Part shown: positions 1 to 9,447 of the stretch, in pieces
Layout: each line of letters opens with the position of its first letter
How positions within the stretch are numbered: position 1 is the first letter of the stretch
DNA from: Pseudomonadota bacterium
GTDB taxonomy: Bacteria; Pseudomonadota; Gammaproteobacteria; Burkholderiales; Burkholderiaceae_C
Direction of reading: 5' to 3'
DNA length: 64,000 nt
NCBI GenBank assembly: GCA_021805825.1
Contig: JAJZEC010000007.1
Location: forward strand, 25,864 to 89,863
Notes under the pieces: model-generated
What the model was told of the DNA's origin: nothing
What the model saw: only the letters and a program-made list of their open reading frames with translations
Databases searched by the model: none
Position numbers and translations under genes: made by a program

Positions 1-217
1 CGAAGACAAAGGAGCCCGGGGCGCTGAGGCTCAGCGCATCGCTGCCGTTGTTGAGCAGACCCAGGGTGCCCTCGAACGCACCGGTACTACCGCCGATGCG
101 GAACTCGCCGAATGCAGCGCCGGGTCCCTTGCCCCCCCCGCCACCACCGCAGCCGCCCAGCGCGATGCAAGCGGCGACTGCCGCGAGAGACCAATCCAAG
201 CCTTTGGGTAATGACAT
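1..217 (-). CDS. N-terminal part of a predicted lipoprotein, running off the left edge (not in ORF track)
   Basis: Minus-strand ATG at 217 with GGAGG just upstream; translates MSLPKGLDWSLAAVAACIALGGCGGGGGGKGPGAAFGEFRIGGSTGAFEGTLGLLNNGSDALSLSAPGSFVF with no stop; hydrophobic signal, LGGC lipobox and Gly linker. Confidence 0.75.
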   Translation of the reverse strand, partial: MSLPKGLDWSLAAVAACIALGGCGGGGGGKGPGAAFGEFRIGGSTGAFEGTLGLLNNGSDALSLSAPGSFVF

Positions 218-569
218 GAAACCTCCGCTACGTTATCGACCGTTCCAACCCATCCACCCGATCCACCCGTGGAAACCATTTTGGTGTAAAGGCCTTCATG
301 CGTGACCTCATGCGTGACCAGCAGAGCCTTCGGGGACTGGGAGGCATCAGACCAGAACGGTATCTGTAACGCAATGCGTCCTTTGGTCACTTATCGTGAC
401 ATTCGTGGGCAGCTGCGTTTGCGTTAACGCCGTTCTTCCGGGCGCCGCATCGGGCATGGCCCGCGAATGCGTCGATACCCGGGTGGCGCCATGGACCGAG
501 CCATTCGCCGGCACGAGCGCGCGCCGGCGCCGCGCGTGGCGCACAATGCCGGCATCGTCGCCCTCCCCC

Positions 570-1511
570 ATGCGCCCCATCGAACCCCGCCTGCTGCAGG
601 CCTTCGTCGCCGTCGCCCATGAGGGCCACGTGTCGCGTGCCGCGCAGCGGCTGCACCGCAGCCAGCCGGCACTGAGCCAGCAACTCAAGGAACTCGGCGA
701 GCGCCTCGGCGTGGAACTCTTCCAGCGCGGCGCCAGCGGCATGCTGCTCACGCGCGACGGCGCCGCCCTGCTCAGCCATGCCGAACGTGCCCTCGACAGC
801 CTGGCCGAGTTCGAGCAGGCTGCACAGCGCGTCAAGGGAGGCGGGGCGCGCGGTCCGCTGCGCATCGGCACCATCCTCGACCCCGAGTTCACCCGCCTGG
901 GCGCCTTCCTGCGCGAACTCGTCGCCCTCGCCCCCGAACTCGAACCCGAACTGCAGCACGGCGTCAGTGGCGAGGTGCTGGAGCGCCTGCAGGCGCGCAC
1001 CATCGACGTCGGCTATTACCTGGGCGACCCCAACCACGACAGTGCCGAGGCCGGTGCCGGCCCGCGGCGGCCCGGCGAGGCCTTCGCCGACGACATCCTC
1101 ACCCGCTTCAGCTACCGCGTCATCGCCCCGCCGGGATGGGGCCCGCAGGTCCAGGGGCGCGGCTGGAGCGAACTCGTGCGCCTGCCCTGGGTGGCCACGC
1201 CGCAGCGCTCGGTGCACTCGCGCCTGCTGCAGGCGCTGCTGCAGCCCATGGGGCTGCACCTCAACCGCGTAGCCCTGGTCGACCAGGAGGCCTCCATGCT
1301 GTCCCTGGTACGCTCCGGGGTCGGCCTCTCGCTGGCACGCGACGCGGTGGCCATGCGCGAGAGCCAGCGCGAGGGCCTGGTCATCGCCGAGCAGGTCGAC
1401 ATCGCCTGCGACCTGCGTTTCGTCTGCCTCGCGCAGCAGCGCCGACGCCCTGCCGTGCAGTGCGCCTGGCAGGCGCTGCGTCGCGCCTGGCGAAAGGCGG
1501 CGGACGACTGA
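570..1511 (+). CDS. LysR family transcriptional regulator
   Basis: HTH LLQAFVAVAHEGHVSRAAQRLHRSQPALSQQLKELGERLGVELFQR, then LRIG substrate-binding domain. Start at ATG 570 (or 546) rather than ORF-track 396. Confidence 0.93.
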   Translation: MRPIEPRLLQAFVAVAHEGHVSRAAQRLHRSQPALSQQLKELGERLGVELFQRGASGMLLTRDGAALLSHAERALDSLAEFEQAAQRVKGGGARGPLRIGTILDPEFTRLGAFLRELVALAPELEPELQHGVSGEVLERLQARTIDVGYYLGDPNHDSAEAGAGPRRPGEAFADDILTRFSYRVIAPPGWGPQVQGRGWSELVRLPWVATPQRSVHSRLLQALLQPMGLHLNRVALVDQEASMLSLVRSGVGLSLARDAVAMRESQREGLVIAEQVDIACDLRFVCLAQQRRRPAVQCAWQALRRAWRKAADD

Positions 1512-1761
1512 ATGACACCCGCCGGCAAACGTTCACTATGGTCTGAAACTGCCGAAACACCCGGATCTGCTAGATTCCTGACACGAAACAGGCGAAGTTC
1601 TACCAAATTAGAAAGAAGTGGCCTCCTGACCTGATCGCCCCGCCATCCGCCTCCCAGCCTTCGGCGGCCTTTCCGCTTTTTGAGCTGGCAGCCGGATGCC
1701 GTCCGCCTTCCCCCGCGGCGCCTCGCGCGCCGCAGGCCCTTGCGCGCGCCTTCCCGCGCAG

Positions 1762-1783
1762 CGGCTGCGGGGCCCGCAGCCGG
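1762..1783. repeat. Perfect 10-bp inverted repeat (CGGCTGCGGG-GG-CCCGCAGCCG) in PKS leader
   Basis: Read directly from the sequence, 35 nt upstream of the PKS ATG at 1818. Confidence 0.6.
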
Positions 1784-1817
1784 TGTCCTTTGTTGCCAGG
1801 AACGACAACACGATTTG

Positions 1818-4800
1818 ATGGACACCGCAACCCCGTCCCCCATCGCCATCGTCGGCCTGGCCATGCGCCTGCCCGGCGACCTGCAACAACCACACGACCT
1901 CTGGCAGGCCTTGCGCGAAGGCCGCGATCTCGTCGGCAGCATCGACCCCGCGCGCTGGGCCACGCGCGAACTGCAACATCCCTCGCGCGCGGAACCCGGG
2001 CGCAGCATCACCTTCTCCGCCGGGGTGCTTTCGGACATCGAATCCTTCGATGCCTCCTTCTTCGGCATCTCCCCGCGCGAGGCGCAACTGCTCGACCCGC
2101 AGCAGCGCCTGCTGCTCGAAATGGCCTGGGAGACCCTGGAGGATGCAGGCATTCCGCCCACGCAGGTCGCCGGAAGCGACTGCGCGGTGTACCTGGGCAT
2201 CTCCGGGCTCGACTACGGCATGCGCCTGTTCGGCGACATGGCGGTCATGGGCGCCCACACCATGACGGGCAACACCATGAGCGTGGCGGCCAACCGCCTG
2301 TCCTATGTGTTCGACCTGCACGGTCCGAGCCTGGCGGTGGACACGGCCTGCTCCTCCTCCCTCGTGGCCCTGCACCACGGCTGCGAGGCGCTGCGCCACG
2401 GCCAGGCGGGCATGGCGCTGGTGGGGGGCATCAACGTACTGCTGCACCCCTATCCTTTCGTCGGCTTCACCAAGGCGTCCATGCTCTCGGCCAACGGCCG
2501 CTGCCGGCCCTTCGCTGCCGGCGCCGACGGCTATGTACGCGCCGAAGGCGGCGGGCTGCTGCTGCTCAAGCCGCTGCAGCAGGCGCTGCGCGACGGAGAC
2601 CGCATCCACGGCGTCATCCGCGCCAGCGGGGTCAACACCGACGGCGCGCGCAAGAGCGGGCTGACCATTCCCAGCGGGCAGGCACAGGCCGAGCTCATGC
2701 AGCAGGTGCTGGGCGCGGCCGGGCTGCAGGCGCAGGACATCGACTACCTGGAAGCCCACGGCACCGGGACGCGCATCGGCGACCCCATCGAAGCCGGCGC
2801 CATCGGCCGCGTCTACGGCCAGCCGCGCGACGGTGCGCCGCTGCCCATCGGCTCCATCAAGAGCAACCTGGGCCACCTCGAGCCCGCCTCCGGCATGGCC
2901 GGCCTGTTCAAGGCGCTGCTCGTGCTGCAGCACGCCGAGGTGCCGCCCACGCGGGTGCAGGGCGAACTCAACCCCGACATCGACTTCGACACCCTCGGCC
3001 TGCAGGTGGTACGCGAAGCGGCACCGCTGGCGCCTGCGCAACGCCCGCTGCGTGCGGCGGTCAACTCCTTCGGTTTCGGCGGGGTCAACGCCCACGTCAT
3101 CCTGGAGCAGCCGCCGTCGGCGGCGCCGCGCGCGATGCCGGCGTTCGACGCCGCCGCCCCCGCCGCCGCCCCGCTGCTGCTCAGCGCGCAGGACGCAGGC
3201 GCGCTGCGCGCGCTGGCGCGCGCCTACCTGCCGCTGCTGGAGGATCCGGCGCGGCGCGCCGAGGTGGCGCAGGCGGCCTGGCGTCAGCGTGCATGGCTGG
3301 GCGAACGCCTGGCGCTGGCCGATGCCGGCGATGCGCAGGCGCTGCAGGCGCTGCGCGACTTTGCCGAGGGCGGTGAAGCCGACACTGCCCGACTCTGGCA
3401 GGAGCAGGCGCTGCCCGACCTCGAAGGCGGCCACGCCCGGGTAGCCTGGATCTACAGCGGCAACGGCGCGCAATGGGTGGGCATGGGGCGGCGCCTGCGC
3501 CAGCAGAGCGCGCTGTTCGACAGCACGCTGCGCGACACCGCAGCGCGCATCGCCGCGCATGGCGGCCCCGACGTGCTCGCAGCGCTCGACGACGACCAGG
3601 CGCAGGCGATGGACGACACGGCGGTGGCGCAACCCGCGCTGTTCGCCCTGCAGGTGGCCACCACCAGCGTGCTGCGCAGCCGCGGGCTGCGCGCCGACGC
3701 CGCCATGGGACACAGCGTGGGTGAAATCGCCGCCGCGTGGGCGATGGGCGTGCTCGACCTCGACTCCGCCTGCCGTGTCATCGTCGCGCGCAGCGCGGCG
3801 CAGGCCACCACGCGCGGCGCCGGACGCATGGCCGCCGTGGGCCTGGGTGCGCAGGCGCTGCAGCAGCGGCTGCAGGCACTCGGGCTGGAAGGGCAGGTGG
3901 CCATCGCCGCCGACAACAGCCCGCGCAACAGCACCGTCAGCGGTACGCCGCAGGCACTGCAGCAACTGCACGAAGGCCTGCGCGCCGACGCGACCGCATG
4001 GCGCGAACTGGGTCTGGACTACGCCTTCCACAGCCCCGCCATGGACCCCATCCGCGAGCCCCTGCTGCACAGCCTGCAGGGGCTGCAGCCCGCGCCTGGC
4101 CAGGGACGCGTGTTCTCCAGCGTCACCGGGGCCGAACTCGCCGGCAGCGCCTTCGATGCCGACTACTGGTGGCACAACATCCGCGACTGCGTGCAATTCG
4201 CCCCCGCGCTGCGCGCCATGCGCGAGGCCGGGGTGCGCCTGTTCGTGGAAATCGGCCCGCATGCCATCCTGCAGCGCTACCTCGCGGAAACCCTCGACGG
4301 CGTGCTGCCGCAGGCGCGCGCCCTGGCCTGTGCGCCGCGCCGCGACGACACCCTGGCGCGGCTGCACGAATGCGTGCTGCGCGCGGCCATGCTCGGCGCC
4401 GAGGTGGACGCCGCGGCCTGGTTCGCGCAAGACCTGCCCCGGCGCGTGGCCCTGCCCTCCTACCCCTGGCAGCGCCAGCGCCACTGGTACCCGCGCAGCA
4501 GCGAATCGCGCAGCGCGCTGGAGCGGCGCGCCGTGCACCCCCTGCTCGGCTGGCGCCTGGATGACCATCCAGCCGGCTGGGAGAACCACCTCGACCCGCG
4601 CACGCAGACCTGGCTGGCCGGGCACAAGGTGGGCGGCGCCATGGTGCTGCCCGCCGCCGCCTATGTCGAAATGGCCCTCGCCGCCTCGAAGGAACACTTC
4701 GGCAGCGAAAGCGCCGGCCATGTGCTCGAAGGCCTCGACATCGTCGCTCCGGTGGTGTTCGACGGCGAGCACGCGCGCACCCTGCGCCTGCTCTTCGACG

Positions 4801-7800
4801 CGCAGTCGCTGCGCTTTCGCATCGAGGGCCGGCCGCGCCTGAGCGAGGACGCCTGGACGCTGCACGCCCAGGGGCGCCTGCTCGGCGCCGTTCCCGGCGG
4901 AGAATCGCGCCAGCCGCTGCTCGCGCAGCAACCCGCGGCCACGCGCCTCGACGCGCAGCGCCACTACGCCCTGTGCGAAGCCCTCGGGCTGGACTACAGC
5001 GGCGCCTTCCGCGCCATCCAGGGCATCGAGGTGGCGGCGCGCTCGATCAGCGCCACCCTGCGCCCCGACGACGCGTGCGACCCCGCCTGGCTGCTCCCGC
5101 CGCCGGCCCTCGACCAGGGCTTCCAGTCCGTTCTCGGCTGGCTCGGCGCGCTGCGCCAGGGTCCGGCCGAGGACGATGCCATGGGCTACCTGCCGGTAGG
5201 CATCGGCCGCCTCGACTACTGGGCACTTCCTGCCGCCGACGACGCGCCGGCGCAGCCCGTGCGCAGCGTGCGCGTCAGCTTGGTGCGCAGCAGCCCGAGA
5301 TCGGTGCTGGTCGACCTTGAACTCCTCGACGCCGCCGGCACGGTGCTGGCCCGCCTGCGCGACTGCCGCTTCCGCGCCGCCGCGCTGGTGGCGCAGGCGC
5401 GTGCGGTATCCACCTGGGCGCTGCTGCCCCAGCTGCAACCGCTGCCGCCGTCGCCCGAGGCCGCGGCGCGCGGCGGCCTGCCCGAGGCCGCGGCCCTGCT
5501 GCAGCGCCTGCAGCAGCAAGCCGTCGACACCGAACAGGCCGCCGTGCACGCGCGCTACCTGGAGCAGGCGGCGCCGCTGCTCGAACTGCTGCCGCTGGCG
5601 TTCGGCCGCGACGCACTGCTCGCGCAGTTGCCGCCCGGCTCGACGGTCGAGGACAGCCGCGTGGCGCAATGGCGCCAGGCGCATCCCCTGCTGCAATGGC
5701 TGCTCGACCAGATGGAACAGCAAGGCCTGCTGCTGCAAGGCGCGCAGGGCTGGGAACTGCACGACGACCCGCAGCTGCCAGCCGCCGCCGACATCTGGAA
5801 TGCTGCCCTCGAATCCTGCCCGCAGGCCGCCCCCGAGCTGCTGCAGCTCGGGCTGGCCGGCAGCGCGCTGCCGGCGCTGCTCGCCGGCGCAGCCGATGCA
5901 CCGGCAGCCGACCTGAGCGCGCTGCTGCGCGCTCCCGCCTACCGCATGGCCGACGCGCAGGCACTGCGCGCGCTGCACGCTCTGCTCGGCGACTGGCCGC
6001 GTGGCCGCAGGCTGCGCGTTCTCGAGCTGTGCTCCACCGACGATAGCCTGTTCAGCCCTGCCAGCGCCTGGCTCGAAGGGCTCGCGCACCCCCGCCCGCA
6101 GGATGTCGACTGGGTACTGGGTTGCGCCGATGCCGACGCCCTGGCGCAGTTGCAGGCCGCGCATGCCGATGACGCGCGGCTGCGCGCGCTGCTGCTGGAT
6201 CCGAACGAATTCGAACTCCCCGATCTGGCCGATGAAGCGCCCTTCGACATCGTGCTCGTGCGCCAGGTGCTGCACCGCAGTTCCAAGCCGCAGCGCGCGC
6301 TGCGCGCGCTGGCCGCGCGCATGCACAGCGACGCCTGGCTGCTGCTCGCCGAACGCCGCCCGGATCATGCAGCCCACCTGGGCTTCGGACTGCGGCGCGA
6401 CTGGTGGCATGTGACCGATGGGCGCGCCGAAGGCGCGCTGCTGCCCGACGCCACGTGGTGCGACTGGCTGGCCGAACACGGCTGGCGCGACACCGCCATC
6501 CTGCCCGCGGCCTCGTCCGAGCCCGCGGCGCTGCTCGGCGGCTTCGTGCTGCTGGCGCGCGCTCCGCGGCAGGCACTGCTGCAGCAACAGGCGGCGACGC
6601 CGGTCGACTGGGTGCTGCACCTGCAGCACCCGGCCTGGCAGGCCACCGCCGAACGACTGGCCGAGCGCCTGCGCGCGGCCGGCCACGGCGTGCGGCTGGC
6701 GAGCGCGGACGACGGAGCGGGCGCCGGCTCGCCACAGCGTCATGTGCTGTTCGTCGGCAGCGCACCGCGGTCCGGCGCGCAGCCCACGCCGGCCGACGCC
6801 GCCGAAGTCGCTCGCCAGGCCGAGGCGCTGCGCGGCAGCCTGCTCGAGCTGGCCGCCTCCCCCGAGGGCCGTCGCGTGCACCTGGTGCTGCGTGGCGGCG
6901 CGCTGGTCGACGACGCGCAGGCCACCGCGGCCGACCCGGCTGCCGCGGCGCTTTGGGGCCTGGCGCGGGTCGCGATGAACGAATGCCACCCGCTGGCGCT
7001 GCAGCTCATCGACCTCGATGCCGCCAGCCCCGACGAAGGCGCCGAACGCCTGTTGCAGGAACTGCTGCACGGCGACGACGAGCAGGAAGTGCTGCTCGGC
7101 GCCGCGCACGGCGCCCCGTTGCGCCAGGTGCCACGGGTACGCCCGCTGCCGCTGGAGGCGCAGCAGCACGACGCGCAGGCCTGGCGGCTGGACTTCCGCC
7201 TGGCCGGGCAACTGCGCAACCTGCAGTGGCAGGCGGTGCCGCGGCGCGAGCCCGGCCCCGGCGAGGTGGAGATCCGCGCCATGGCCGCGGGGCTCAACTT
7301 CCGCGACGTCATGTACGCGATGGGGCTGCTCGCCGACGAAGCGGTGGAGCAGGGTTTCGCCGGCGCCAGCCTCGGTCTGGAGGTGGCCGGGCGGGTGCTG
7401 CGCTGCGGCCCCGGGGTCGAACACCTGCGGCCTGGCGACGAGGTGCTGGCCTTTGCCGGCGCCAGCTTCGCCAGCCACGTGGTGGTGCCGGCGCGCGCGG
7501 TGGCCCGCAAGCCCGAGCACTGGAGCTTTGCCGAGGCCGCCACCGTGCCCACGGTGTTCTTCACCGTCTGGTACGCCCTCAAGCACCTGGCCCGGCTGCA
7601 GCCTGGCGAGCGCGTGCTGGTGCATGGCGCGGCCGGCGGTGTCGGGCTGGCGGCCATCCAGGTCGCCAGGCTGCTGGGCGCCGAGGTCTACGCCAGCGCC
7701 GGCAATCCGGCCAAGCGGGCCTTCGTGCGCATGCTCGGGGTACAGCACGTGGTCGACTCGCGCAGCCTGGACTTCGACCGCGCGGTGCTGCGCGCCAGCG

Positions 7801-9428
7801 ACGGCCAAGGCGTCGACGTGGTGCTCAATTCGCTGGCCGGCGAGGCCATTGCGCGCAACCTGGCGTGCCTCAAGCCCTTCGGCCGATTCATCGAACTGGG
7901 CAAGCGCGACTTCTACGAGAACACCCCCGTCGGCCTGCGCCCCTTCCGCAACAACCTGAGCTATTTCGGCGTCGATGCCGACCAGCTCATGTCGCTGCGC
8001 CCGGAACTCGCCGCCGAGGTGTTCGCCGAAGCCATGCAGTGCTTCGCCGACGGCAAGCTCCACCCGCTGCCGCACCGCCTGTTCGAGCCCGACCAGGTGG
8101 TCGACGCCTTCCGCCACATGCAGCAGGCGCGCCAGATCGGCAAGGTCGTGGTCGAGCTCGAGCGCCGGCCGCGCCACATCCAGCCGGCGCAGCGCCCGCG
8201 GCTGCAACTGCGCGCCGACGCCAGCTACCTGGTCAGCGGCGGGCTGTCGGGCTTCGGGCTGGCCAGCGCGCGCTGGCTGGCCGATCGCGGCGCACGCCAC
8301 CTGGTGCTGCTCGGCCGGCGCGGCGAGCAGACCCCCGGGCTGCAACAGCCGCTGCAGGAACTGCGCGCGCGCGGCGTGCAGGTTCAGGTGCACGCTTGCG
8401 ACATCAGCGACCGCCAGGCACTGCGCCAGGTGTTCGAGCAGATGCGCGCCGGCATGCCCGAACTGCGCGGCGTGCTGCACGCGGCGATGGTGCTCGACGA
8501 CGCGCTGATGAGCGGCCTGGACGAGCAGCGTCTGCGCCGCGTGCTGCAACCCAAGCTCGACGGCGCGTGGAACCTGCACCAGGCCACCGCCGGGCTGCCG
8601 CTGGATCTGTTCGTGCTGTTCTCGTCGGCCACCACCATGCTGGGCAACCCGGGGCAGGCCAACTACGTGGCGGCCAACGCCTCGCTGGAGGCGCTGGCGC
8701 GGCTGCGCCGCCGTCAGGGGCTGGCCGGCTGCGCGGTGGCCTGGGGGCCGATCGCCGATGTCGGCGTGCTCACCACCAACGAGGTCGCGCGCGAGAACCT
8801 GCAGGCGCGCCTGGGCGCCGCGCCCATCGAGTCGGCCGCAGCGCTGGATCGCCTGGAAGCCCTGATGCTGCAGCAGGTCGCCGGCGCGGCGGTGATGAAC
8901 CTCGACTGGCCATCGCTGCAGCGCCTGCTGCCCGGCGCCGGGGCACGACGCTTCGACACCCTGCGCGGAGCCGGCGGCGATGCCCGGGAGGACGACGAGG
9001 ACGACCTGCGCCAGCGCCTGGCCGCGCTGTGTGCCGACGAAGCCCGCGCGCTGGTGCAGCAGATGCTGTGCCGCGAGGTCGCTGAGATCCTGCGCCTGCC
9101 TGCCGACAAGGTGGGGCCGGCGCAGTCGGTGTTCGACCTCGGCATGGACTCGCTGATGGCCGTCGAGCTCGGGCTCGCGCTGGAGCGTCGCTTCGGCATC
9201 CGCGTGCCGCCGATGATGCTCAACGAAAACCCCAGCATCGAGCGTATCGCCGAGCGCCTGCTCGCCCAGCTCGGGCCGCAGCCGGGCGAGGAGGCTGCCG
9301 ACAGCACCCGCGACATGGTGCGCAGCGTGCTGTCGCAGCACGCCGAGAACACCGCGCTGCAGCAGGTCGACGAGCTCGCCCAGCAGGTGCGCCAGGCCGC
9401 CGAGGGCGGCACCCAACTCATTGCCTGA
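1818..9428 (+). CDS. wcbR: Type I reducing polyketide synthase KS-AT-DH-(pseudo MT)-ER-KR-ACP, WcbR/RkpA-like
   Basis: KS DTACSSS, HGTGT, KSNLGH; AT GHSVG and YAFHS; DH HKVGGAMVLP and ALDQGFQ; ER VHGAAGGVG; KR SGGLSGFG, VLDD, NYVAAN; ACP LGMDSL; no TE. Followed by a PLP acyltransferase as in Burkholderia wcb and rhizobial rkp loci. Start set at ATG 1818. Confidence 0.9.
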   Translation: MDTATPSPIAIVGLAMRLPGDLQQPHDLWQALREGRDLVGSIDPARWATRELQHPSRAEPGRSITFSAGVLSDIESFDASFFGISPREAQLLDPQQRLLLEMAWETLEDAGIPPTQVAGSDCAVYLGISGLDYGMRLFGDMAVMGAHTMTGNTMSVAANRLSYVFDLHGPSLAVDTACSSSLVALHHGCEALRHGQAGMALVGGINVLLHPYPFVGFTKASMLSANGRCRPFAAGADGYVRAEGGGLLLLKPLQQALRDGDRIHGVIRASGVNTDGARKSGLTIPSGQAQAELMQQVLGAAGLQAQDIDYLEAHGTGTRIGDPIEAGAIGRVYGQPRDGAPLPIGSIKSNLGHLEPASGMAGLFKALLVLQHAEVPPTRVQGELNPDIDFDTLGLQVVREAAPLAPAQRPLRAAVNSFGFGGVNAHVILEQPPSAAPRAMPAFDAAAPAAAPLLLSAQDAGALRALARAYLPLLEDPARRAEVAQAAWRQRAWLGERLALADAGDAQALQALRDFAEGGEADTARLWQEQALPDLEGGHARVAWIYSGNGAQWVGMGRRLRQQSALFDSTLRDTAARIAAHGGPDVLAALDDDQAQAMDDTAVAQPALFALQVATTSVLRSRGLRADAAMGHSVGEIAAAWAMGVLDLDSACRVIVARSAAQATTRGAGRMAAVGLGAQALQQRLQALGLEGQVAIAADNSPRNSTVSGTPQALQQLHEGLRADATAWRELGLDYAFHSPAMDPIREPLLHSLQGLQPAPGQGRVFSSVTGAELAGSAFDADYWWHNIRDCVQFAPALRAMREAGVRLFVEIGPHAILQRYLAETLDGVLPQARALACAPRRDDTLARLHECVLRAAMLGAEVDAAAWFAQDLPRRVALPSYPWQRQRHWYPRSSESRSALERRAVHPLLGWRLDDHPAGWENHLDPRTQTWLAGHKVGGAMVLPAAAYVEMALAASKEHFGSESAGHVLEGLDIVAPVVFDGEHARTLRLLFDAQSLRFRIEGRPRLSEDAWTLHAQGRLLGAVPGGESRQPLLAQQPAATRLDAQRHYALCEALGLDYSGAFRAIQGIEVAARSISATLRPDDACDPAWLLPPPALDQGFQSVLGWLGALRQGPAEDDAMGYLPVGIGRLDYWALPAADDAPAQPVRSVRVSLVRSSPRSVLVDLELLDAAGTVLARLRDCRFRAAALVAQARAVSTWALLPQLQPLPPSPEAAARGGLPEAAALLQRLQQQAVDTEQAAVHARYLEQAAPLLELLPLAFGRDALLAQLPPGSTVEDSRVAQWRQAHPLLQWLLDQMEQQGLLLQGAQGWELHDDPQLPAAADIWNAALESCPQAAPELLQLGLAGSALPALLAGAADAPAADLSALLRAPAYRMADAQALRALHALLGDWPRGRRLRVLELCSTDDSLFSPASAWLEGLAHPRPQDVDWVLGCADADALAQLQAAHADDARLRALLLDPNEFELPDLADEAPFDIVLVRQVLHRSSKPQRALRALAARMHSDAWLLLAERRPDHAAHLGFGLRRDWWHVTDGRAEGALLPDATWCDWLAEHGWRDTAILPAASSEPAALLGGFVLLARAPRQALLQQQAATPVDWVLHLQHPAWQATAERLAERLRAAGHGVRLASADDGAGAGSPQRHVLFVGSAPRSGAQPTPADAAEVARQAEALRGSLLELAASPEGRRVHLVLRGGALVDDAQATAADPAAAALWGLARVAMNECHPLALQLIDLDAASPDEGAERLLQELLHGDDEQEVLLGAAHGAPLRQVPRVRPLPLEAQQHDAQAWRLDFRLAGQLRNLQWQAVPRREPGPGEVEIRAMAAGLNFRDVMYAMGLLADEAVEQGFAGASLGLEVAGRVLRCGPGVEHLRPGDEVLAFAGASFASHVVVPARAVARKPEHWSFAEAATVPTVFFTVWYALKHLARLQPGERVLVHGAAGGVGLAAIQVARLLGAEVYASAGNPAKRAFVRMLGVQHVVDSRSLDFDRAVLRASDGQGVDVVLNSLAGEAIARNLACLKPFGRFIELGKRDFYENTPVGLRPFRNNLSYFGVDADQLMSLRPELAAEVFAEAMQCFADGKLHPLPHRLFEPDQVVDAFRHMQQARQIGKVVVELERRPRHIQPAQRPRLQLRADASYLVSGGLSGFGLASARWLADRGARHLVLLGRRGEQTPGLQQPLQELRARGVQVQVHACDISDRQALRQVFEQMRAGMPELRGVLHAAMVLDDALMSGLDEQRLRRVLQPKLDGAWNLHQATAGLPLDLFVLFSSATTMLGNPGQANYVAANASLEALARLRRRQGLAGCAVAWGPIADVGVLTTNEVARENLQARLGAAPIESAAALDRLEALMLQQVAGAAVMNLDWPSLQRLLPGAGARRFDTLRGAGGDAREDDEDDLRQRLAALCADEARALVQQMLCREVAEILRLPADKVGPAQSVFDLGMDSLMAVELGLALERRFGIRVPPMMLNENPSIERIAERLLAQLGPQPGEEAADSTRDMVRSVLSQHAENTALQQVDELAQQVRQAAEGGTQLIA

Positions 9429-9447
9429 GCCCCCGGAGAACCACCCC

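Noticed and set aside
84-95. ops/JUMPStart-like GGCGGTAG on the minus strand
   Set aside because: Inside a coding region, lacks the downstream TG and is not in a glycan-operon leader.
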